NCBI RefSeq assembly: GCF_035539195.1
Contig: NZ_DATLIW010000006.1
Coordinates: forward strand, 41,734 to 105,733
Direction: 5' to 3'
DNA from: Luteibacter sp.
GTDB taxonomy: Bacteria; Pseudomonadota; Gammaproteobacteria; Xanthomonadales; Rhodanobacteraceae
Length of the DNA stretch: 64,000 bases
The notes under the pieces were generated by a model that saw only the letters and a list, made by a program, of their open reading frames with translations, searched no databases and was not told where the DNA came from. The translations under genes were made by a program, and so were the position numbers. Below are positions 1 to 9,946 of this stretch, one piece after another (the first letter of the stretch is position 1; every line of letters starts with the position of its first letter).

Positions 1-88
<88 letters not shown>

Positions 89-140
89 GGTTTCTCTCGC
101 GAATCGAAGCGGATGGTCGAGTGGGCGGGCTAGCGGCGCG

Positions 141-1283
141 TCAGGACGCGCGCTTGGCCTTGTGCTCTTCCATCGAGGCGATGAACGTGTCGAACAGGTA
201 GCCGACGTCTTCGGGACCCGGGCTGGCTTCCGGATGACCCTGGAAGCAGAACGCCGGGCGATCGGTCAGCGCGAAGCCCTGCAGGGAGCCGTCGAACAAC
301 GAGGTGTGCGTCACCCGCACGTTGGCCGGCAGCGTGTCCGCATCCACCGCGAAGCCGTGGTTCTGCGAGCTGATCAGCACGCGACCGGTGTCGAGGTCCT
401 TCACCGGGTGGTTGGCGCCGTGGTGACCGAACTTCATTTTCAGCGTCTTCGCGCCGATGGCCAGCGCGAGGATCTGGTGACCCAGGCAGATGCCGAACAG
501 CGGGATCTTCGTTTCGAGGATCTGCCTGGTCGCTTCGATCGCGTAGTCGCAGGCGGCCGGGTCGCCCGGGCCGTTGGCGAGGAAGATGCCGTCCGGATTC
601 ATGGCGAGCACATCGGCGGCCGGCGTCTGCGCGGGCACCACCGTGATGTCGACGCCGCGGTGAGCGAGCAGACGCAGGATGTTCTGCTTGACGCCGTAGT
701 CGTAGGCGACCACGCGGAATTTCTTCGGCGCGTTGAAGAAGGCCTGCTTGTCGAGGTCGTACGTGCCCTCGCTCCACTGGTAGCTCTTGGTGGTGCTGAC
801 CACCTTGGCCAGATCCATGCCGTTGAGGCCCGGGAAGGCCTTCGCCTTGGCCACCGCGGCGTCGACGTCGATGGCGTCACCGGCGACGATGCAGCCGTTC
901 AGCGCGCCCTTCTCGCGAAGGATGCGCGTGAGGCGGCGCGTGTCGATACCGGCGATGGCCACCACATTCTGGCGCTCGAGGTAATGCGGCAGCGGCTCGG
1001 TGCTTCGCCAGTTGCTGGCCAGGCGCGGCACATCGCGGACGATCAGTCCCGCCGCATGGACGCGGTCGGCCTCGACGTCGACGCCGTTGGTGCCGGTGTT
1101 GCCGATATGGGGATACGTCAGCGTAACGATCTGGCGGGAGTACGAGGGGTCGGTCAGGATTTCCTGATAACCGGTCATGGCGGTGTTGAACACCACCTCG
1201 CCAATCGTTTCGCCTCGTGCACCGACCGAGTGGCCGTGAAAAACGCTGCCGTCTTCGAGAGCAAGCAGAGCAGGAGTACGCAT
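141..1283 (-). CDS. carA: carbamoyl-phosphate synthase small (glutamine amidotransferase) subunit
   Basis: From ORF 141..1466(-). The conserved part begins at the internal Met ([22 protein letters not shown]...[12 protein letters not shown]). GATase motifs [12 protein letters not shown] and HHGANHPV are present. The start was moved to the ATG at 1283 (61 codons in). Confidence 0.95.
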   Translation of the reverse strand: MRTPALLALEDGSVFHGHSVGARGETIGEVVFNTAMTGYQEILTDPSYSRQIVTLTYPHIGNTGTNGVDVEADRVHAAGLIVRDVPRLASNWRSTEPLPHYLERQNVVAIAGIDTRRLTRILREKGALNGCIVAGDAIDVDAAVAKAKAFPGLNGMDLAKVVSTTKSYQWSEGTYDLDKQAFFNAPKKFRVVAYDYGVKQNILRLLAHRGVDITVVPAQTPAADVLAMNPDGIFLANGPGDPAACDYAIEATRQILETKIPLFGICLGHQILALAIGAKTLKMKFGHHGANHPVKDLDTGRVLISSQNHGFAVDADTLPANVRVTHTSLFDGSLQGFALTDRPAFCFQGHPEASPGPEDVGYLFDTFIASMEEHKAKRAS

Positions 1284-1500
1284 GGGATGGGCCGCCTTCA
1301 GGTGCAGCAAAGCCCGCAAGCCTGCTTTGAGCGGCTCGTGGGCCTTGGGGATAAGGGATCGTTGGGCGGGTATGAATGATAGGTGTGAAGGCGGCTTTTG
1401 TCCATCGGAAAACCATGAACGGCCGTGTAGGAAAAATCGCTGGCAACCCTGCCTGACACGATACAATGCCGTCCGAGGTACCTAGCCGAGATTCGCCCGC

Positions 1501-2184
1501 ATGCTGCTCGACCCCGCCCGTCTGGAGCGTCCCGATACCGATATCCGGCATGAGCCGTTTTCGTTCATGATCGCCCACGGCCAGCTGCCGGACGAATCGC
1601 GCAACGACCTGGAACGCGACTTCCCCCAGTATTCGAGCGCCGGGTTCTTCCCCTACGACGCCAGCGACTGCGGCCCGTCGGTCAACGAACTGGTCGAGCA
1701 GATGACCTCCCGGGCGTTTTCCTCGGCCATCGGGCGTCACCTGGGCATTCCCGGCCTCGAGGACTACCCCACCCTGGTCACCCTGTGCCGACTGCTCAAC
1801 CGCCGCCACGGCACCATCCACACCGACAGCAAGTCCAAGATCGCCACCGCGTTGATCTACCTCAACCCGATGTGGCCGGATACCAGCGACGGCTGCCTGC
1901 GCTTCCTGGCCTCGATCGACGATATCGACAACACCGTGGCGCCCGAGCTCAAGCCGCTCTACGGCGAGTTCGCGGTGTTCCGTCGCGCCGAGAACTCCTT
2001 CCACGGCCACCTGCCCTACGAGGGCGAGCGCCGGGTCATCCAGGTGGCCTGGCTGACCTCGGAGGAAGAAAAGGCCCGCAAGACCAAGCGGGGCAAGTTC
2101 TCCCGCGTCTTCAAGAAAATCTTCGGCAAGCTCGACCGCCAGCACGGCGCCGGCCGCGACCGCAGCGCCAACCACCCGGATTGA
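1501..2184 (+). CDS. 2OG-Fe(II) oxygenase superfamily protein (prolyl-hydroxylase-like)
   Basis: 227-aa ORF with an H-x-D iron motif (GTIHTDSKSK), a distal His (NSFHGHLPY) and RxS-like context. The basic Lys-rich C-tail is unusual. Confidence 0.6.
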   Translation: MLLDPARLERPDTDIRHEPFSFMIAHGQLPDESRNDLERDFPQYSSAGFFPYDASDCGPSVNELVEQMTSRAFSSAIGRHLGIPGLEDYPTLVTLCRLLNRRHGTIHTDSKSKIATALIYLNPMWPDTSDGCLRFLASIDDIDNTVAPELKPLYGEFAVFRRAENSFHGHLPYEGERRVIQVAWLTSEEEKARKTKRGKFSRVFKKIFGKLDRQHGAGRDRSANHPD

Positions 2185-2192
2185 GTGCGGAA

Positions 2193-2303
2193 GCCGGCTA
2201 TGTGCCGGCGATCCTGTGGGAGCCAGCTATGTGCCGGCAATCCTGTGGGAGCCGGCTATGTGCCGGCGATCCTGTGGGAGCCGGCTATGTGCCGGCGATC
2301 CCG
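2193..2303. repeat. tandem array of a 29-bp REP-like unit (about 3.8 copies)
   Basis: GCCGGCTATGTGCCGGCGATCCTGTGGGA is repeated head-to-tail (2193, 2222, 2251, 2280). Copy 2 has two substitutions. Each unit contains the hairpin GCCGGC-TATGT-GCCGGC. Confidence 0.85.
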
Positions 2304-2334
2304 CGGCAGCGGGCCAGGCTGCCGCGAGCACCCA

Positions 2335-2430
2335 ATCGCCGCTGAAGCGGCTCCCACACCAGGGCTCCCAAACCGGGGCTCCCAAACCAGGGCTCCCAAA
2401 CCAAGGCTCCCACACCCGGGCTCTCACACC
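2335..2430. repeat. inverted REP element followed by about 5 copies of a 15-bp unit
   Basis: ATCGCCGCTGAAGCGGCTCCCACA (2335-2358) is the reverse complement of the element at 4720-4743 and 14297-14320. It is followed by GGCTCCCAAACCNGG-type units up to about 2430. Confidence 0.8.
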
Positions 2431-2444
2431 AGTCTGCCGCGACT

Positions 2445-3455
2445 TCAGTGGGTACCGAACCACCAGCCCACGAACACCGCGAACACCCCGTACAGGCCGC
2501 CGATCGGCATCAGCCAGCGCGCTTCGACCGAACCGCGGCGGAACATGGCCCATAGCGCCACCACCGCCACCATGGTGATCGCGCCGGCGACGATCAACGG
2601 CGTGTCGAACAGCCACGGTGTCGCGAACAGCGCCAGCGAGCTCGGGATCGTCGCCTGGATCATCATCGCGCCCGAAATGTTGGCCAAAGCCAGGCGTTCC
2701 TTCCCCTGGCGCACCCAGATCAGCGCGTTCACCGTCTCCGGCAGCTCCGTGGCGACGGGGCTCAGCACCAGGGCCACGATGTGCGGCGACAGATGGAAGA
2801 AATCGCCGAACGCCTCCAACTGCCAGACGAAGGTGCGCGAGGCAATGGCAATGACGACGAGCGCAAGCCCCGTCTGCAGCATCACCCAGGTCATCGACGG
2901 GTTGGCGTCGTGGGGCCGGAAGGTGAGCGGGTCGAGTTCGTCCTCGCCCTCGGGAGCGCCGGTGTCGTCGCGCATTTCGCGCCATACATAGGCGACGTAG
3001 GCCAACAGAAAGAGCACACCTAGCCAGGGCTTCCACGCGAAGGCAATGAGGCCGAGTCCCACTTTCACCACGAAGATCGCAAGGAACCAGGACTGGTCGC
3101 GGGCCAGGCGACGGTTGTCCACGCGGACCCGGGTATCCGGTCTTTTCAGGCGCTTACGGCCAGCATATAAGGCGAATCCGACAACGGCGTAGGCGATCGT
3201 AGCAAGCACCAGCGGACCGCCCAGGGCCGCCCCCACGCCGATGTCCTTCGCTTCCGGCGTCTTGCCGAACATCACCGCGACGAAGGTCACCGCGCTTTCC
3301 GGAAGGGCCGTGCCGAAGGCGGCGAGCACCGTGCCGGTGGCCGTGGCGCCAAGATTGAGCTTGCGCCCGAACCATTCGACACCGTTGACGAAGTATTCGC
3401 AGGCGAAATAGATGGCCCCGGCCGAAACCAGGAAGAGGAAGCATGTCAGCAGCAT
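2445..3455 (-). CDS. sodium/calcium exchanger (CaCA, YrbG-like) membrane protein
   Basis: From ORF 2445..3611(-), with the start moved to MLLTCFLFLV (ATG at 3455). Two alpha-repeat signatures are present (AAFGTALPESAV and SPVATELPETVN), with about 10 hydrophobic helices. Confidence 0.8.
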   Translation of the reverse strand: MLLTCFLFLVSAGAIYFACEYFVNGVEWFGRKLNLGATATGTVLAAFGTALPESAVTFVAVMFGKTPEAKDIGVGAALGGPLVLATIAYAVVGFALYAGRKRLKRPDTRVRVDNRRLARDQSWFLAIFVVKVGLGLIAFAWKPWLGVLFLLAYVAYVWREMRDDTGAPEGEDELDPLTFRPHDANPSMTWVMLQTGLALVVIAIASRTFVWQLEAFGDFFHLSPHIVALVLSPVATELPETVNALIWVRQGKERLALANISGAMMIQATIPSSLALFATPWLFDTPLIVAGAITMVAVVALWAMFRRGSVEARWLMPIGGLYGVFAVFVGWWFGTH

Positions 3456-3734
3456 GTTTTGTCTAAGGCCGGGCGAGCGAGTAATACCGATGGCACAGCC
3501 ACACCGCTCGCCCGGCCCGGGTAAGCATGTCGCTGGCCAAAGGTCTCGCCGGGCGGACAGCGCACTCTCCAGGCGCTGTGCCGTTCGCGCCATGGGGCGC
3601 GAGGCCACCAAGTGTGTTGACGCGAACTCCTCGGGGTAGAGGATGGCTACTCCCCAATGACTTCGGCGCGGATCTTAACACGCGTTCGAGGATTCGGTGC
3701 GGAACATTCGCGCCCCCCTTGTAGGAGCCCAGCC

Positions 3735-4529
3735 TCACATCTTGCTGGTGATGACGTCTTCGATGGTCCACAAGCCCGGTGCCCGCCCGGCCATCCAGTT
3801 CGCCGCTTCCAGTGCCCCGCGCGCGAAGATCGAGCGATCCGTCGCCCGATGCGCCAGTTCGATCCGCTCGCCCTGCCCCATCAGCAACGCCTGGTGCTCG
3901 CCGACGATGTCCCCGCCACGGACCACGGCGAAACCGATCGTGCCGCCCTTGCGCGCGCCGGGACGGCCTTCGCGCGAATACACGGCAAGCTCCTCCAGGG
4001 TGGCCCCCCGTCCCGCCGCAGCGGCGTGACCCAGTGCCAGGGCCGTTCCGGAGGGCGCATCTTCCTTGCGTCCATGGTGCGCCTCGACGATGTCGAGATC
4101 CCAGCCCGGCAACGCCGCCGCGGCTTCGCGGAGCAGGCGTGTGAGCACAGCCACGCCGAGGCTGAAGTTGGCAGCGCGCAGCAAGGCGATGCGCTCGGCG
4201 GCCTTACTGAGCCGTTCTTCCAGGGCAGGCTCCAGACCGGTGGTGCCGGTGACGAGCGACGCGCCCGAGGCTTCGCAGTAATCGAGCGCGGCAACGAGCC
4301 CCTCCGGGCCGCTGAAGTCGATCACGACATCGATATCGCCAGCGTCGGTCCAGTCGGTGAAACGCAGCGCGGACACGTCGCCGAACGCCGCCTTGCCCAG
4401 GCGCGGCGAAGACGACGAGACGATGGCCCTGACCAGCTCGAAACGTTCGTCATCGCGCACGAGACCGAGCAGAGCGGTGCCCATGCGGCCGGAGGCGCCG
4501 CTGATGGCGAGACGGGCGGGGCGGGTCAT
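3735..4529 (-). CDS. dapB: 4-hydroxy-tetrahydrodipicolinate reductase
   Basis: From ORF 3735..4655(-), with the start at MTRPARLAISGASGRMG (ATG 4529). The NAD(P) loop GASGRMG and the catalytic motif IVEAHHGRKEDAPSGTAL are present. Confidence 0.93.
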   Translation of the reverse strand: MTRPARLAISGASGRMGTALLGLVRDDERFELVRAIVSSSSPRLGKAAFGDVSALRFTDWTDAGDIDVVIDFSGPEGLVAALDYCEASGASLVTGTTGLEPALEERLSKAAERIALLRAANFSLGVAVLTRLLREAAAALPGWDLDIVEAHHGRKEDAPSGTALALGHAAAAGRGATLEELAVYSREGRPGARKGGTIGFAVVRGGDIVGEHQALLMGQGERIELAHRATDRSIFARGALEAANWMAGRAPGLWTIEDVITSKM

Positions 4530-4584
4530 AGGCGATGCCTTCGGAATGGGGAAGGCAATGCTAGTCGATGATTGCGGAAAGAGC

Positions 4585-4900
4585 ATCGCCGATGAATCGG
4601 CTCCCACAAGGAGCGAGCCACTGGGAGCCACGGGGAGCAAGGGAAGCCATGGCAATGGGAGCAGGAGCAGGAGCAGGAGCCATGAGAGCCATGAGAGCCA
4701 TGAGAGCCATGGGGAGCAATGTGGGAGCCGCTTCAGCGGCGATGCTCTTAATCGGCAGGAGCCGCTTCAGCGGCGATGCTCTTACTCGGCAGGATCAGCT
4801 TCAGCGGCGATGCTCTTGCTCGGCAGGAGCCGATCCATCAGCGATGGGACATTCGGCATCTTCGCTCCGCTGGCATTTCGCCGCTGAAGCGGCTCCCACA
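4585..4900. repeat. composite REP/tandem-repeat block filling the dapB-dnaJ spacer
   Basis: The block contains an inverted REP variant (4585-4608), GCAGGA x3-4 (4661-4680) and CATGAGAGC x3 (4681-4707). It continues with REP TGTGGGAGCCGCTTCAGCGGCGAT (4720-4743) and a 34-bp unit GAGCCGCTTCAGCGGCGATGCTCTTNNTCGGCAG x about 3.5 (to about 4860). It ends with an inverted REP (4878-4900). Confidence 0.85.
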
Positions 4901-4909
4901 TGCTAGTTA

Positions 4910-6040
4910 TTACGAAGTGACTCGCGACCAGAAATCCTTCACGCCATCGATGAAGGTCGTGGAGCGCGGCGTGTGCTTGGCGGCGTCCTCGCCGACGAAG
5001 GTCGCTTCGAGCTGCGTGAGCAGTTCGCGTTGCTCCTTGGTCAGGCGAACCGGGGTCTCGACGACGACAGTACAGATAAGGTCGCCCGTGCGGCCACCGC
5101 GAACCGACTTCACGCCACGGCCGCGCATGCGGAACTGGTGGCCGGTTTGCGTTTCCGGCGGCACGCTGACCGGGATCTCACCTTCGAGCGTCGGCACCAT
5201 AAGCTCGGTACCGAGGGCGGCCTGGGCGAAACGGATCGGCACCTCGCAGTAAAGGTCGCTACCGTCGCGCTGGAAGATGGCGTGCTCGCGCACACGCACT
5301 TCCACGTACAGATCGCCCGAGGGTGCACCCGCGGGACCGGCTTCGCCCTGCCCTGTAAGACGAATGCGATCGCCGTTGTCGACGCCGGCGGGAATCCGCA
5401 CGGACAACGTGCGCTCTTCCTCGAGGCGACCTTCGCCGTGGCACTTCTTGCAGGGCTTGTCGATCTTCTGGCCGGAGCCATGGCAGGTCGGGCACGCCTG
5501 CTGGATCGAGAAGATGCCGTTCTGCATGCGCACGCGACCGTGACCGGCGCAGGTGCTGCACTTGGACACCTTGCCGTCTTCCGACCCCGAGCCGTTGCAG
5601 TGGTGGCAATTGACCTGGGTCGGCACTTCGATCTTCTTCTCGACGCCGAACACGGCTTCCTCGAGGTCCAGATCCATCATGTAGCGCAGGTCTGCGCCAC
5701 GACGCGCGCGCTGGCGACCCGCGCCACCGCCGCCGAAGATGTCACCAAAGATGTCGCCGAAGATATCGCCGACGTCGCCGAAACCGGCGCCACCGCCACG
5801 ACCGAACCCGCCACCTTCGAACGCGGCGTGCCCGTGCTGGTCGTACATCGCGCGCTTCTGCGCGTCGGCCAGCACTTCGTAAGCCTCTTTGGCTTCCTTG
5901 AATTTTTCGATCGCTTCCGGATCGTCCGGATTGCGGTCAGGGTGATACTTCATCGCGACGCGACGAAAGGTCTTCTTGAGGTCACCCTCGGTCACGGTGC
6001 GTTCCACACCGAGGATTTCGTAGTAGTCGCGCTTGCTCAT
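4910..6040 (-). CDS. dnaJ: molecular chaperone DnaJ
   Basis: J domain with HPD (KYHPDRNP), a G/F-rich linker, four CxxCxGxG zinc-finger repeats ([32 protein letters not shown]) and a C-terminal substrate domain. Confidence 0.97.
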   Translation of the reverse strand: MSKRDYYEILGVERTVTEGDLKKTFRRVAMKYHPDRNPDDPEAIEKFKEAKEAYEVLADAQKRAMYDQHGHAAFEGGGFGRGGGAGFGDVGDIFGDIFGDIFGGGGAGRQRARRGADLRYMMDLDLEEAVFGVEKKIEVPTQVNCHHCNGSGSEDGKVSKCSTCAGHGRVRMQNGIFSIQQACPTCHGSGQKIDKPCKKCHGEGRLEEERTLSVRIPAGVDNGDRIRLTGQGEAGPAGAPSGDLYVEVRVREHAIFQRDGSDLYCEVPIRFAQAALGTELMVPTLEGEIPVSVPPETQTGHQFRMRGRGVKSVRGGRTGDLICTVVVETPVRLTKEQRELLTQLEATFVGEDAAKHTPRSTTFIDGVKDFWSRVTS

Positions 6041-6170
6041 TACACGTTCGCTTTCCCTGGACGGACGAACGCGCCGGCGGGTTGCCCCTCGGCGCGATCG
6101 TTCCGGTTAACCGTCGGTTCCGCACCGCGGGCGTGGAGCCCGCGGCGCGTCGTTACATGCCGAAGACGAA

Positions 6171-8096
6171 TTACTTCTTCTCGTCCTTGACTTCGGTGAA
6201 CTCGGCGTCGACCACGTCGTCCGGCTGGGCCGAACCACCGCCCGGTGCCGACTGCTGCGCGGTGTCCTGCGCGCCGCCCGACTGCGCCGCGGCGTTGAGC
6301 GCCTGGGCGACCTGCTCGAGGTTGGTGATCTTCGACTCGATGGCGTCCTTGTCTTCGCCGGTCAACGCCTTCTCCAGATCCGACACGGCGCTGTCGATAC
6401 CGGCAAGCTGCTCAGCCGGGATCTTGCCGCCGTGCTCCTTGAGCTGGCTGCGCGTGGCATGAACGAGCTGGTCGCCACGGTTACGCACCTGCACGAGCTC
6501 GTGGAACTTCTTGTCGTCTTCGCGGTTCGCTTCCGCGTCGGCGACCATGCGCTGGACTTCCTCGTCCGACAGGCCCGAACCGGCCTTGATCTCGATCTTC
6601 TGTTCCTTACCGGTGTCCTTGTCCTTCGCCGACACGTGCAGGATGCCGTTGGCGTCGATGTCGAAGGTCACTTCGATCTGCGGCTGGCCACGCGGGGCCG
6701 AACGGATACCGGAGAGGTCGAACTTGCCCAGCGACTTGTTCGCGTTGGCACGCTCGCGCTCGCCCTGCAGCACGTGCACGGTGACCGCGGTCTGGTTGTC
6801 GTCGGCGGTGGAGAAGGTCTGCGAGGCCTTGGTCGGCACCGTGGTGTTCTTCTCGATCAGCTTGGTCATCACGCCACCCATCGTCTCGATACCGAGCGAC
6901 AGCGGAGTGACGTCGAGCAGGAGGACGTCCTTGACGGAACCGCCCAGCACGCCACCCTGGATAGCGGCGCCGACGGCGACGGCTTCATCCGGGTTGACGT
7001 CCTTGCGCGGCTCGCGGCCGAAGAAGTCCTTGACCGCTTCCTGCACCTTGGGCATGCGGGTCTGGCCACCGACGAGGATCACTTCGTTGATGTCCGAGAT
7101 CTTCAGGCCGGCGTCGTTGAGCGCGGTGCGGCACGGGTCGATCGTGCCCTTGACCAGGTCTTCCACCAGCGACTCGAGCTTGGCGCGGGTCAGCTTGATG
7201 TTCAGATGCTTCGGACCCGAGGCATCGGCGGTGACGTACGGCAGGTTCACATCGGTCTGGTGGGCCGAAGAGAGCTCGATCTTCGCGCGCTCTGCAGCGT
7301 CCTTCAGGCGCTGAAGGGCGAGCTGGTCCTGGCGCAGGTCGATGCCCTGCTCCTTCTTGAACTCTTCGACGAGATAGTCGATGACGCGGTTGTCGAAGTC
7401 CTCACCACCGAGGAAGGTGTTGCCGTTGGTCGACAGCACTTCGAACTGCTTCTCGCCGTCGACGTTGGCGATCTCGATGATCGAGACGTCGAACGTGCCG
7501 CCGCCCAGGTCGTACACAGCGATCTTGCGGTCGCGTGCATCGGTCTTGTCCAGGCCATAGGCCAGCGCGGCCGCGGTCGGCTCGTTGATGATGCGCTTGA
7601 CGTCGAGACCGGCGATCTTGCCTGCGTCCTTGGTGGCCTGGCGCTGGCTGTCGTTGAAGTAGGCCGGTACGGTGATGACCGCTTCGGTGACCGCTTCACC
7701 GAGGAAGTCCTCGGCGGTCTTCTTCATCTTCATCAGCACCTTCGAAGAGATCTCCTGCGGCGCCATCTTCTTGCCGTCGGCGGTCTGCACCCAAGCGTCG
7801 CCGTTATCGTGCGCAACGATGCCGTAGGGGACCAGCTTCAGGTCTTTCTGCACTTCGGCGTCGGTGAACTTGCGACCGATGAGGCGCTTCACCGCGTAGA
7901 AGGTGTTCTTGGGGTTGGTCACGCTCTGGCGCTTGGCCGGCGCGCCCACGAGGACTTCGTTGTCCTTGGTGAAAGCCACGATGGACGGCGTGGTGCGATC
8001 GCCCTCTGCATTCTCGATGACGCGTGCGGTCGAACCTTCCATCACTGCTACGCAGGAATTGGTCGTACCGAGGTCGATACCGATGATCTTGCCCAT
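6171..8096 (-). CDS. dnaK: molecular chaperone DnaK (Hsp70)
   Basis: [28 protein letters not shown] and the EEVD-less acidic tail typical of DnaK. The ORF opens at GTG 8102. The ATG at 8096 gives the canonical N-terminus and a 10-nt spacing from GGAG. Confidence 0.97.
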   Translation of the reverse strand: MGKIIGIDLGTTNSCVAVMEGSTARVIENAEGDRTTPSIVAFTKDNEVLVGAPAKRQSVTNPKNTFYAVKRLIGRKFTDAEVQKDLKLVPYGIVAHDNGDAWVQTADGKKMAPQEISSKVLMKMKKTAEDFLGEAVTEAVITVPAYFNDSQRQATKDAGKIAGLDVKRIINEPTAAALAYGLDKTDARDRKIAVYDLGGGTFDVSIIEIANVDGEKQFEVLSTNGNTFLGGEDFDNRVIDYLVEEFKKEQGIDLRQDQLALQRLKDAAERAKIELSSAHQTDVNLPYVTADASGPKHLNIKLTRAKLESLVEDLVKGTIDPCRTALNDAGLKISDINEVILVGGQTRMPKVQEAVKDFFGREPRKDVNPDEAVAVGAAIQGGVLGGSVKDVLLLDVTPLSLGIETMGGVMTKLIEKNTTVPTKASQTFSTADDNQTAVTVHVLQGERERANANKSLGKFDLSGIRSAPRGQPQIEVTFDIDANGILHVSAKDKDTGKEQKIEIKAGSGLSDEEVQRMVADAEANREDDKKFHELVQVRNRGDQLVHATRSQLKEHGGKIPAEQLAGIDSAVSDLEKALTGEDKDAIESKITNLEQVAQALNAAAQSGGAQDTAQQSAPGGGSAQPDDVVDAEFTEVKDEKK

Positions 8097-8147
8097 AGTC
8101 ACGTTGCTCCGAATTTCATGCGGCCCCCGCGGCCGCGACTGTTTTGG

Positions 8148-8176
8148 AAAATGGGGGTAACCCCCATCGATTCAAT
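8148..8176 (-). promoter_or_regulatory. sigma32-type heat-shock promoter upstream of dnaK
   Basis: The minus strand reads ATTGAAT-CGATGGGGGTTA-CCCCATTTT. This matches the CTTGAAA-N13/14-CCCCATNT consensus well. It overlaps the perfect palindrome ATGGGGGTAACCCCCAT. Confidence 0.5.
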
Positions 8177-8193
8177 ATCTTTGGTGAAGCTGT

Positions 8194-8742
8194 TCAGTTG
8201 TCGCGCACCACGGCGACGAGCGCCGGACGCAGCAGACGGTCGTTCAGCACGAAGCCCTTCTGGACCACGGCGACGACGGTGTTGGGCGCGTGCTCGTTCG
8301 AATCGACCGAGCTGATCGCCTGGTGGTGCTCCGGATTGAACGGCTGGTGCAGCGGATCGACCACCGACAGTCCGTTGGACTGGGTGACCTTCTCCAGCTG
8401 CTTCAACGACATATCCAGACCCTCGCGCAGCGTCTTCGCATCCGCGGCCTGGTTGGCAAGACCCAGAGCGATGCCGTCGTATACCGGCAGCAACTCGGCC
8501 AGCAACTTCTCGTTGGCGAAGCGGCGGGCCTGGTCGATGTCACGCTGCATGCGGCGGCGCTGGTTCTCGATCTCCGCCTTTTCGCGCAGCACCGTCTCGC
8601 GCGCCTGGGCCAGCTCGGTTTCCATCGCGGCCAGCTTGGTGTTCAGGGCCTCGATCTCGGCGTTGACGCCGTTATCGGCCACACCGCCGTCCTGCGCCGG
8701 ATCCGGCACGTGGGGATCGTTGTTTTGCATTACTTGCTCCAA
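8194..8742 (-). CDS. grpE: nucleotide exchange factor GrpE
   Basis: 182 aa, with a long N-terminal coiled coil (LNTKLAAMETELAQARETVLREKAEIENQRRR) and a C-terminal beta domain (VVQKGFVLNDRLLRPALVAV), placed between hrcA and dnaK. Confidence 0.95.
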   Translation of the reverse strand: MEQVMQNNDPHVPDPAQDGGVADNGVNAEIEALNTKLAAMETELAQARETVLREKAEIENQRRRMQRDIDQARRFANEKLLAELLPVYDGIALGLANQAADAKTLREGLDMSLKQLEKVTQSNGLSVVDPLHQPFNPEHHQAISSVDSNEHAPNTVVAVVQKGFVLNDRLLRPALVAVVRDN

Positions 8743-8796
8743 ATGTCAGCGTACCGACCCCTCCGACGGAAGGGTCGAACATTCGCGGGAAATACT

Positions 8797-8819
8797 AAAC
8801 CCGCCTCCCGTGGCGGTTT
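8797..8819 (-). terminator. hairpin overlapping the hrcA stop codon (intra-operon attenuator/terminator candidate)
   Basis: The minus strand reads AAACCGCC-ACGGGA-GGCGGGTTT followed by AGTATTT. The 5' arm includes the hrcA TAA. Confidence 0.3.
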
Positions 8820-9879
8820 ATGAGGTCGCCGCGGCGCGATTCAAGGCGTCGCTGAGCAGTCCGGCGGTGGCTTGCACCACCGGGATCACCCGCTCATATG
8901 CCATACGCGTCGGTCCAATAACTCCGATCGCACCCAGCATGCGCCCGTTCGTGCCGTAGGTGGCGGTGACGATGCTGCAACCGTCCAGGGCCGAGAATCC
9001 GGACTCCTCGCCGATGAACAGCCGCACGCCAGGGGCCTTGACGCACATTTCCATGAGCTGAAGCAGGTCGCGCTTCTGCTGGAAAGCGTCGAAAAGATCG
9101 CGGAGCCGGTCGATATCGGCCAGCTCGGAATAACCCATCAGGTTGGTCTGGCCACTGACCAGCACGTCGTCCGCGTCCTCGTCGGAGCTGAACGAGGCTG
9201 TGGCCAGTTCGACCACCCCATCGAGCAGGCGATTGAGTTCGCCACCCGCCTCGCGCAGCTCGATGGCCAGATGCGCACGGATGTCCGCCAGGCGAAAACC
9301 GGCGAACTGAGCGTTGAGATAGTTGGCGGCCTGCTCCAGCTCGGCCGATTCGAGTGCCTTGGCGAGTTGGACGACCCGGTTCTGTACCTGGTTATCCGAG
9401 AACACCAGGATCACCAGCACCCGCGCATCGGGCAAATTGACGAAATCGATATGCCGCAGCGGAAAGTCGCCCTGGCGCGGCACGGTCACCACACCGGCGA
9501 AGTGAGTCATCGCCGAAAGCAGGTGGGACACGTTGCCGAGCAGGTCGCGCGTGGTCGTCTGGTGTGGCGGCAAGCCGCCCTGCAGGCGCGCCATCTCGTC
9601 GCGCGGCAGCGGCTTGAGTTCGAGCAGGCTGTCGACGAACAGGCGCAGGCCGCGCGGCGTCGGGATTCGTCCCGCCGAGGTGTGCGGCGAGGCGACCAGT
9701 CCGGCCTCTTCGAGGTCGGCCATGATGTTGCGGATGGTCGCCGGGCTGACTTCCAGACCGGACGACTTCGCCAGCGTGCGTGAGCCGACCGGCTCGCCGT
9801 CCGACAGGTATTGGGAGATCAGGGTACGCAGCAGCCGGCGCGCGCGTGCATCGATGTCGTGACCGGAAAACGGATTCAT
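8818..9879 (-). CDS. hrcA: heat-inducible transcription repressor HrcA
   Basis: 353 aa with an N-terminal winged helix (RARRLLRTLISQYLSDGEPVGSRTLAK...SPATIRNIMADLEEAGL) and HrcA C-terminal domain features. It heads the grpE-dnaK-dnaJ cluster. Confidence 0.93.
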   Translation of the reverse strand: MNPFSGHDIDARARRLLRTLISQYLSDGEPVGSRTLAKSSGLEVSPATIRNIMADLEEAGLVASPHTSAGRIPTPRGLRLFVDSLLELKPLPRDEMARLQGGLPPHQTTTRDLLGNVSHLLSAMTHFAGVVTVPRQGDFPLRHIDFVNLPDARVLVILVFSDNQVQNRVVQLAKALESAELEQAANYLNAQFAGFRLADIRAHLAIELREAGGELNRLLDGVVELATASFSSDEDADDVLVSGQTNLMGYSELADIDRLRDLFDAFQQKRDLLQLMEMCVKAPGVRLFIGEESGFSALDGCSIVTATYGTNGRMLGAIGVIGPTRMAYERVIPVVQATAGLLSDALNRAAATS

Positions 9880-9916
9880 GCGCGTGGGCGGGCCGGGGGT
9901 TGGTTCGTCGGGCTAT

Positions 9917-9946
9917 CAATAAGGTCTCGACGGCTCCGTTGCAAGT
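9917..9946 (-). promoter_or_regulatory. possible sigma32-type promoter upstream of hrcA
   Basis: The minus strand reads CTTGCAA-N14-CCTTATTG about 40 nt upstream of the hrcA ATG. The match to the -10 is weaker than at dnaK. Confidence 0.35.

Noticed and set aside
2193-2430. Regularly spaced repeats here and at 4661-4860 considered as a possible CRISPR array.
   Set aside because: The units are contiguous with no unique spacers. Unit lengths are 6-34 bp, the units are fragments of a dispersed REP hairpin, and no cas genes are present.
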